In this document: piece by piece, positions 57,233-64,000 of the stretch | Numbering within the stretch: the stretch's first letter is position 1 | Layout: each line of letters begins with the position of its first letter | Sequence record: NZ_CP033968.1 | From: a plasmid | DNA: 64,000 bases | Reading direction: 5' to 3' (one strand) | The notes under the pieces: generated by a model | What the model saw: the letters and a program-made list of their open reading frames with translations, nothing else | Told to the model about the DNA's origin: nothing | The model's database searches: none | Position numbers and translations under genes: made by a program

Positions 57233-58485
57233 GGTTGAACATGTTTCGCTTCGCATTGGCCGGAGCCGGCGTGATGCTGCTTTGCGGCGCCACCGCCCAA
57301 GCGCAGAACACGCCGGGCTACCTACCCGCTGAGAGCTCGGTGCGTGAAGCGGTTGCGCAATCGCCCGAGGTGATGACGGCCGAAGCCCGGCGCGATGCCA
57401 CGCTGGCCCGTGCCGAAGGCATTCGAGCGGGGACGGCCGAGACTGTGGTGAGAGCGATCGGACAGGGGCGTCAGGTCCGAGATCCGTCTGAGCGACATGC
57501 GGAAGGGCAGATCGCCGTGGAGCGGCCGTTGAGGCTGTGGGGCAAGGCTCAAGCCGATGGCCAGCTTGCTGATGCGGCGGCCGAGGCTGGCCAACTTGCG
57601 GTGAAGGACGCACGCCACGAAGCATCGCGGCAGATCCTCTCGCTGTGGTTTGCTGCTGTGCGGGCTGGGCAAGCACGCCAGGCCGCTCAGGAGAATGCCC
57701 GGGCTGCGGCCGAGTTGGCGACGCTGACGGCCCGCCGGGTCCAGTTGGGTGACGCTTCGCGCTTGGACGGTGAACTGGCAGCAGCGGATCAGGCTCGCAT
57801 GCAAGCCGCACTGGCGACGGCCACTGCAGCCGAACAGGCCGCGCAGGCGGAACTGCAGGCCCGTTTTCCGGGGTTGCCCCGGCCCATGATGGCCGCTGAC
57901 ACCGCGCTGCCCGTGTTGCCGCAGGACCCACCGGAACGATTGCGCACGCAGTACATACAGGACAGCCACGAGTATCGGCTTGCCATGGCGGAAGAGGTGC
58001 AGGCACAGCAGATGGCCAAGCGGGCAGATCTGGAGCGCCGGCCCGATCCCACCGTCGGCATGTTCGTATCGGTGGAGCGTGGTGGTGCGGAACGCATCAT
58101 GGGAGTGAGCGTGGCGATGCCGCTCGGCTCGGCGCATCGCCGTACTGCCGCAGCAGCGGCCGCGGCCGATGCGGAAGCTGCAGCTCGCCGCAGACTCGGT
58201 GCAGAACGACGCCTGGGTGCGGAATTCGACGTGCTCTATCGTGACCTGCAAGGCAAAGGGGGAGCCGCGCAAGCACAGATCGAAGCGACTACGTTACAGA
58301 GACGCGCAGCCGACCGCGCCACCCGCGCGTTTCGCGCCGGCGAGTCCGGCTTGACCGAGCTGTTGGTGGCACGCCGCGGCCTTGCCGACGCAGTGTTGGC
58401 CGAGCGGCTCGCTCGGGTGAACGTACTGGAGGCGGACAGCCGGCTCCAGCTGGATCTGCATCGCATGTGGGATTTCGATGACTGA
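57229..58485 (+). CDS. outer-membrane efflux factor (TolC/CzcC family)
   Basis: Signal peptide; two repeated coiled-coil halves; 4-nt overlap with the RND gene. Confidence 0.85.
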   Translation: MRLNMFRFALAGAGVMLLCGATAQAQNTPGYLPAESSVREAVAQSPEVMTAEARRDATLARAEGIRAGTAETVVRAIGQGRQVRDPSERHAEGQIAVERPLRLWGKAQADGQLADAAAEAGQLAVKDARHEASRQILSLWFAAVRAGQARQAAQENARAAAELATLTARRVQLGDASRLDGELAAADQARMQAALATATAAEQAAQAELQARFPGLPRPMMAADTALPVLPQDPPERLRTQYIQDSHEYRLAMAEEVQAQQMAKRADLERRPDPTVGMFVSVERGGAERIMGVSVAMPLGSAHRRTAAAAAAADAEAAARRRLGAERRLGAEFDVLYRDLQGKGGAAQAQIEATTLQRRAADRATRAFRAGESGLTELLVARRGLADAVLAERLARVNVLEADSRLQLDLHRMWDFDD

Positions 58486-58598
58486 TCTTGAGCAACGCCT
58501 GACATGCCCCATGAATAGATAGCGATAACCATCAACGTGGGTGCGTTCGCAACGACCGAAGCAGCGGCGTACTCCACGTGTCCTAACGTAGATGAATC

Positions 58599-59525
58599 AT
58601 GCGACATCCCGAAGACCTCGATCTCAAAATCGACCTGGATACCGAAGACAGTGCGACCAAGCAGGCAGCCGCACGGCGCAGCACGCTGGTGAGCGTGGGC
58701 GTCAACCTGAGCTTGACCGTTGCACAAGTCGTGGCGGGCATCCTGGCCGGCTCCCAGGCGTTGGTGGCCGATGCCATCCACTCGTTGTCCGATTTGATCT
58801 CGGACTTCGTTGTGCTGTTTGCCAGCCACCACAGCCAGAAAGGGCCGGATGCAACTCACCACTATGGCCATCAGCGCTTCGAGAACGCCGCGTCGCTAGT
58901 GCTCGGATTGCTGTTGCTGGCCGTCGGCGTCGGCATGCTTTGGAATGCAGTAGTGAAGCTGGAGCACCCCGAGGCCATTCAGCCAGTCAAGCTCATCGGC
59001 CTGTGGGTCGCTCTCGGGGCGCTGGCGGCAAAGGAGCTGCTGTTCCGCTACATGCTGGCCGTTGCCGAGCGTGTGCGCTCCAGCATGCTGGTCGCCAACG
59101 CATGGCATGCACGCTCGGACGCCGCCTCGTCGCTGGTGGTGGCGCTCGGCATTGTGGGCAATGTGTTCGGCTACCGCCTGCTTGATCCTGTAGCGGCTCT
59201 GATCGTCGGCCTGATGGTGACGCGCATGGGTTGGCAGTTCGGGTGGGAGGCGCTGCACGATCTCATGGACCGTGCCGTCGACCAGGAAACCGTTGAGGCG
59301 ATCCACCAAACGATGCTGGAAACGCCCGGCGTGCACGGCGTACACGACGTCAAGACCCGCCGCATGGGCGACATGATCCTGGTCGATGTCCACCTGGAAG
59401 TCGATGCGCGTGCCAACGTGAGACAAGGCCACGACATTGCATTGGAAGCGCGGCGCCGCGTCATGCTGCGCCGCGATGTGCTCAACGTAATGACCCACGT
59501 GGACCCTGTGGAGGCGCCAACCTAA
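58599..59525 (+). CDS. cation diffusion facilitator (CDF) family metal efflux protein
   Basis: Six TM helices; ADAIHSLSDLISD and HHYGHQRFENAASL motifs; C-terminal cytoplasmic domain. Confidence 0.9.
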   Translation: MRHPEDLDLKIDLDTEDSATKQAAARRSTLVSVGVNLSLTVAQVVAGILAGSQALVADAIHSLSDLISDFVVLFASHHSQKGPDATHHYGHQRFENAASLVLGLLLLAVGVGMLWNAVVKLEHPEAIQPVKLIGLWVALGALAAKELLFRYMLAVAERVRSSMLVANAWHARSDAASSLVVALGIVGNVFGYRLLDPVAALIVGLMVTRMGWQFGWEALHDLMDRAVDQETVEAIHQTMLETPGVHGVHDVKTRRMGDMILVDVHLEVDARANVRQGHDIALEARRRVMLRRDVLNVMTHVDPVEAPT

Positions 59526-59679
59526 ACGCGAGGGAGGGCAGTTTTTTGATCTGCGACAACTGTTTTCCGTATCGCGGCGGCGATCGATCAGAAGTCGCTG
59601 CTCCGTAACGGGGCATGCGAGTACATAGATGTTGTACTGCGCAGCCATGATTCACACACTCCAATTTCTAGGTGGTTTT

Positions 59680-60204
59680 ATGCGCTCTGAACAGAAGTAC
59701 TCCCTTGCCATGCGATCCCTGCATTGGCTGGTATTCCTGGCCGTCACGATTGCCGTGGTGGCGATCGAGATCCACGACTTTTTTCCCAAAGGCAGCACCG
59801 CGCGCACCGCGGCATTTGCGGTTCATCAGACCGCGGGGCTGTCCGTGCTCGCGTTGATGGTGCTGCGTTTATTTGTCCGCTGGGGAACCCAGCCGCCGGC
59901 ACCGGTCCCTGGCCCACAACTGCTGCAGCGTGCAGCATGCCTCACGCATGGCGTGCTCTACCTGTTGATGGTCGGGATGCCCATTCTTGGCGTGCTGGCG
60001 CTGGCCTGGGGTGGTAAGCCGATTCAGCCGTTCGGGCTGACTTTGACGCTCCCCCTTTTGCAGGACAAGAGCTTGGCGAGCCTCAGCAAGGAGGTGCATG
60101 AGTCAGGTGCCACGCTCGTGTACATCTTTGTTGGGCTGCATGCGGCCGCAGCGCTCTGGCATGAGTTCATGCTGAAAGACCGATTGTTGCGTCGCATGAT
60201 CTAG
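59680..60204 (+). CDS. cytochrome b561 family protein
   Basis: LHWLVFLAV..., HQTAGL..., LHAAAALWHEF heme-ligand His pattern; 174 aa; GGTGG upstream. Confidence 0.7.
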   Translation: MRSEQKYSLAMRSLHWLVFLAVTIAVVAIEIHDFFPKGSTARTAAFAVHQTAGLSVLALMVLRLFVRWGTQPPAPVPGPQLLQRAACLTHGVLYLLMVGMPILGVLALAWGGKPIQPFGLTLTLPLLQDKSLASLSKEVHESGATLVYIFVGLHAAAALWHEFMLKDRLLRRMI

Positions 60205-60424
60205 CGCAGCAAACGGTTCTTCCAGGTCGCTATTCGTGCAGGCCCATCGTTCATGGAATCCGGCTTCCGTCATCTCAATATAGCGCTGCTCGCTGTCTCG
60301 GCCGCGACGCTGGCGGCCGGATTGTTGGCGCGCTACCTGCGGGCCGACCAAGATAAGCCGACCCGCTATCATAAGCCTCTCGGTGATGAAGGCGGCGCTT
60401 GTTATTTCGTTTGGTAATTAGGCG

Positions 60425-60670
60425 TCAGGCCGGTTTTGGCCGCTGGCCAGCGCGTCCAACTGGCGCTTTCTTCAACACATCTACCAACCGGCGCGTCGTT
60501 GCCGCCTCGGTCTCGGCGCGCTCAGCGCGTCGCAGCGCTTCCTGCAGCTGCAACTGAGTCTGCGCCAGTTGATCGGCCGCCGCGCGCAGCTGAGCCACGG
60601 CGGCGTCTGCCTGCTGCTGCGCCCCGCCCAGTTCCGCGCGCAAGGCGCCGATCGCGTTGGCGTGCTGAAC
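60425..60670 (-). pseudogene. 3' fragment of a coiled-coil protein gene truncated by the IS1071-like element
   Basis: The minus-strand frame is open up to the IS boundary at 60670; Ala/Gln-rich coiled-coil. Confidence 0.3.
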
Positions 60671-63600
60671 GGGGTCTCCTCGTTTTCAGTGCAATAAGTG
60701 ACGGTACGAAAAGCTAGCACTGGCGCGGAGGTGGTGTTGGTAGATCGTTGATTTCATTGACTTTCCTGTTCACTTTCAAATCTGCGATTCGTGGCGTCAA
60801 ACCGTGGTCGGTTTCATCCATTGGTGCCAGTTATCGATGCATTTGGCCGCGAAGGCAGGATTTGGTCAGCATAGCGGTCAACCGGGAAGCGAAACACACC
60901 CCGCAAGTTGATGCTCTCCAGCCTGGTGGGCGCAATCTTCCCGATCAGTTCCGGTGGAATGACCTGGCGGCGGTTCGACCAGCGATCCAGGACCGCCTGC
61001 ATCTGTGAGGTATTCCACGCCATCACGATGTTGGCCATCAGGCTCAACGCATCGGCCACAGCCTGCATTTCATCGACACGTTTGGCCTGCGCCGGGCTGA
61101 TCCGGCCGGTATAAATGGCGCGCTTGAGGGCGTTAACAGCCTCGCCCCGATTGAGCACCCGGCGCAACTCGTTCCTGAAAGCGTCCTTGACAAAGTAGTC
61201 AGCCAAAAACGCCGTACGCAGCAACCGCCCCAATTGCACGCCAGCCTCATAGATTGGATCGCCCTGGGCGGCAGAACCGAACCGCGCAAGAGCTGCCACC
61301 GCACTGGCATGTCCGCTCATGACCGAGGCTGCCAGGTGCACCAGACTATCCCAATGCTTTTCGATCAAAGCGACGTCGACATTGGCTTCGCACACCGCAG
61401 CGATTTCTGCGGGCACTTTGGTGCCGCGTGGCACAAAGAGGTGGCGCTGTTTGAGTTCCTTCAACCGCGGGCAAAGATCAAAACCAAGCAAACGGGCATG
61501 TGACATGGCAAAGTCGGTGTAGCCATGGGTATCCACAGCAAGCTGGCTGGTCTCCAGCTTTTCTTGGCGGATGACACCTTCAATGGCCACGCCCGCCTGG
61601 CGCTCATTGAGCACAAAGGGCTGCGCATGGAAGATGCCCCACCGGTCTTTTACATGGGAGTAGATTCCAATGGAAGGTGTGTTGCGCCGAGGATCAAGCC
61701 GGGCTTGCCACACCCGTTTGGTGGTCTCCATGCTCATCATGTCAGAAGATGCCAAATCGGACCGCCCCCAGGTGGCGGCAATCGGGTGTCGCTGCATGAA
61801 TTCCAGCACAGCCTGGCAGGCCTGGCTCAGACGCCGTTCGTCCCGCGCCCAGCGCATGGCCTGGCGAATGCTGGTGGCAGACAATTGCGGAATCATGCGC
61901 GCGCATTCGACCGCAGTCAGACTGGTGCCGTGGGCCATGATGCCGGCATAGACCATCAGCAGCTCGTCGGTAGAGCGCGGCTCACGTCCGAGCATGATCC
62001 AGCTAAAGCGCACCTGGGCGTCAACGGCCAGAATCACTTCCGGCAATTGAACCTCACCGATGCGGTGATCCAAAGCCGCGCGCAGCTTGGTCACTTCTGG
62101 GTCTTCGTCCTCTGCGGGCAATGGCGACAAATGGAGTTCATCATCCACGCGCAGTACGCCACTGCGGGCTGCAGCGGCCACCGCATCGACACCGGCAGTT
62201 ACTCTGGCCAGCAAAGGCTTCAAGAAAGTGGCAGCCTTGCTGGGTAACGATAGACGGGCATAGTGTTTCTTGGACTCTGCCTGCCAACGCTCGTCCGTGA
62301 AGAACAAGCGCGCACGACCCCGAAAGCTCAGGCTGTGCTCAATCCAGACCGAGCCATTGCGCACCGCGCGGCGCAGGGCAAACAGGGTGGCCACCTCCAA
62401 CGCCTGAAACGCCCGTTCCCGGTCTGGGCTGGAGATCGAAACCTGCCAGATCATTCCCAGACTTGGTGCCACCACTTCAACTGGCAGCTTTCTGGATCCT
62501 TTGAGATATAAAGCTTGCAGCTTGGCAAGGTACTCGATGGCAGGATGCTCGCCGGTGGCCTGCCAGGGCAGCTTTGCAATGGCGACGAGCAACGACCGCA
62601 CGGGGCGAATTCCATCAATCAATCCCTCGCGGACCAGGGAGGCCCTGCTCGGTGGTTTGCGTTTCTGGGTTTCGGTGATCAAGGCTTCAAGACGGGCACG
62701 CAACTCAGCATCTGGCACCGCACCTTGCGCGCTCAAGGCAACAAGTTCGCCGAGCAGCGTTTTGTACATTGCGGCCCAATTGACGGTAGCGGGGACATCG
62801 GCGGCAGCCTGACGCCACAGATCGGCGATCCGGCGCTGCACCATAAGGATCAACTGGTCTGTGGTGGTGAACAGGCAATACCGAAGAAAGCATGCGACCT
62901 CCACGGTGCGCGCTGGCTCTTTGATCTTGGCTCCGGCTGAGGGCGGCCTGGAGACAAGTCGGCGCGCGTAGCGGCGCAAGATGAGATCGGGGATGTCTGC
63001 CAGGTGCTTATGAACGTCCAGCGTGTAAAGCAGGTCGATGCGCTCCAGTACCTCGCTGATTTGGCGGGTTGAGTGTTTCGCCGGTGCAGCCCATAGCCAA
63101 CTCTGCTGGGTTTGTCCATCTGGGCGCAGCTCTGAAACTGAGGCTCGCCAGCGATCAAGTGTTGCTGGATCAACGCTGGCGGCGATGGCGGTGCCTGTTT
63201 CAACTTCAAGCTGGGCAAGTGCCGCCGCAATCAGTGTCCGAATTGCCCGCTCGTGCACGATCACCAGCTTGTTCTTGTACAGCCATTGACGCGCCCGCAC
63301 GAGTAGCTGATCGCGGTCGGCGCAGCGCGCCACTTCGTCGCGCAGTTCACGTACCAGTGAGCGGCGCTGGTGCTCGCTCATCCACTGGAATCCAAGGACC
63401 GTGCAGGCTACTTGTTGGTGATCGAATAGCGTGCGCCCGCGTTCATACATGGCTCTCAGCGAGGCGACTTCTGGTGCTGCAATGCCAAGCTCGTTGCCAA
63501 GGTGGCGCCACAAGGCTACTGGAATTACCCGAAAGGCACCGAGCAAACGCCCACTCATGCGCAGGAAACCAATATGGAGCGCCAGACCAAGCTTGTGGGA

Positions 63601-63874
63601 ATCACCTCGGCGTGCATTGATTGCGTCGCGCTCGGCACCATCGAAGGTGAAAAATGCCTTCATCTCGAAGTCGCTGATATCGCGGGGGAGCCCACGCATC
63701 CCCAAAAACGTTGTGTGCCAACCCTGCATCGTGAACCTCAAAAGTGGGAGGCCACCATACCCGTTTACAAAGCGAACAGGAAAGTCAATGAAATCAACGG
63801 TCTACCCAGACCACCCCCGCGCCAGTGCTAGCTTTGCGTACCGTCACTTATTGCACTGAAAACGAGGAGACCCC
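60671..63874 (-). mobile_element. IS1071-like Tn3-family element (3204 bp, about 110-bp terminal inverted repeats, no TSD)
   Basis: Left inverted repeat GGGGTCTCCTCGTTTTCAGTGCAATAAGTGACGGTACG...; the right end is its reverse complement with only a few mismatches over about 105 bp; contains only tnpA. Confidence 0.85.
60814..63741 (-). CDS. tnpA: Tn3-family DDE transposase TnpA
   Basis: 975-aa ORF with the Tn3-transposase C-terminal DDE region (DTHGYTDFAMSHARLLGF...). Confidence 0.9.
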   Translation of the reverse strand: MRFTMQGWHTTFLGMRGLPRDISDFEMKAFFTFDGAERDAINARRGDSHKLGLALHIGFLRMSGRLLGAFRVIPVALWRHLGNELGIAAPEVASLRAMYERGRTLFDHQQVACTVLGFQWMSEHQRRSLVRELRDEVARCADRDQLLVRARQWLYKNKLVIVHERAIRTLIAAALAQLEVETGTAIAASVDPATLDRWRASVSELRPDGQTQQSWLWAAPAKHSTRQISEVLERIDLLYTLDVHKHLADIPDLILRRYARRLVSRPPSAGAKIKEPARTVEVACFLRYCLFTTTDQLILMVQRRIADLWRQAAADVPATVNWAAMYKTLLGELVALSAQGAVPDAELRARLEALITETQKRKPPSRASLVREGLIDGIRPVRSLLVAIAKLPWQATGEHPAIEYLAKLQALYLKGSRKLPVEVVAPSLGMIWQVSISSPDRERAFQALEVATLFALRRAVRNGSVWIEHSLSFRGRARLFFTDERWQAESKKHYARLSLPSKAATFLKPLLARVTAGVDAVAAAARSGVLRVDDELHLSPLPAEDEDPEVTKLRAALDHRIGEVQLPEVILAVDAQVRFSWIMLGREPRSTDELLMVYAGIMAHGTSLTAVECARMIPQLSATSIRQAMRWARDERRLSQACQAVLEFMQRHPIAATWGRSDLASSDMMSMETTKRVWQARLDPRRNTPSIGIYSHVKDRWGIFHAQPFVLNERQAGVAIEGVIRQEKLETSQLAVDTHGYTDFAMSHARLLGFDLCPRLKELKQRHLFVPRGTKVPAEIAAVCEANVDVALIEKHWDSLVHLAASVMSGHASAVAALARFGSAAQGDPIYEAGVQLGRLLRTAFLADYFVKDAFRNELRRVLNRGEAVNALKRAIYTGRISPAQAKRVDEMQAVADALSLMANIVMAWNTSQMQAVLDRWSNRRQVIPPELIGKIAPTRLESINLRGVFRFPVDRYADQILPSRPNASITGTNG

Positions 63875-64000
63875 CAATCCGACAAGGCGATCAACTCGTT
63901 CAGTTCGTCGTCTGGGATCGAGAGCAACCAGGCACGTAGCTCATCCTCATTCATCTCGACCGGGTTCTTGTCGAGGTCTACGATGCGCCAACGCAACCGC

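Noticed and set aside
60253-60417. 54-aa ORF (MESGFRHLNIALLAVSAATLAAGLLARYLRAD...) between cytochrome b561 and the IS1071-like element
   Set aside because: No RBS and below the track threshold. Possibly a real small membrane protein, but unsupported.

Overview
This is a high-GC (visibly above 60%) proteobacterial window. The RND/CDF heavy-metal efflux genes and the codon bias suggest a Burkholderiales-type host, but that is inference only.

Positions 1 to about 50,000 look like a horizontally acquired accessory island. It opens with the 3' end of an H-NS-family gene. It then carries about 60 short, mostly acidic genes of unknown function, most of them monocistronic and most followed by their own rho-independent terminator.

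Recognisable island genes are:
- an HU gene
- a LepB-type signal peptidase I
- an orphan CheY
- a ParB-like gene
- a gamma-class N6-adenine DNA methyltransferase carrying a perfect in-frame 51-bp tandem duplication at its 5' end
- a TGT/DpdA-like transglycosylase
- a DndC/PAPS-reductase-like PP-loop protein
- a second, degenerate MTase-like gene
- an HNH nuclease gene apparently split by an IS3-family element
- an IS21-family element with a clean 7-bp target-site duplication

A tyrosine integrase sits at 50255-51430, and its 3' end is directly repeated about 107 bp downstream. Beyond it lie a heavy-metal RND efflux operon (adaptor, pump, outer-membrane factor), a CDF transporter and a cytochrome b561. 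The window ends with an IS1071-like Tn3-family element of 3204 bp with about 110-bp inverted repeats and no target-site duplication.

The most interesting unexplained signals are:
- DNA-modification-type genes (TGT-like, PP-loop, two MTase-like, HNH) dispersed through the island and not arranged as any canonical dpd, dnd or restriction-modification cluster.
- A recurrent palindromic AT-rich motif (ACGTATCGATACGTGTTATG-like and CATAACGCGTA-like) in at least six island promoter regions, suggesting a single island-encoded regulator.
- A family of three near-identical terminator-like repeats.
- Several G8/C8 homopolymer tracts.

No CRISPR array, tRNA, rRNA or conjugation genes were seen. All functional calls rest on motifs read directly from the translations, not on database searches.
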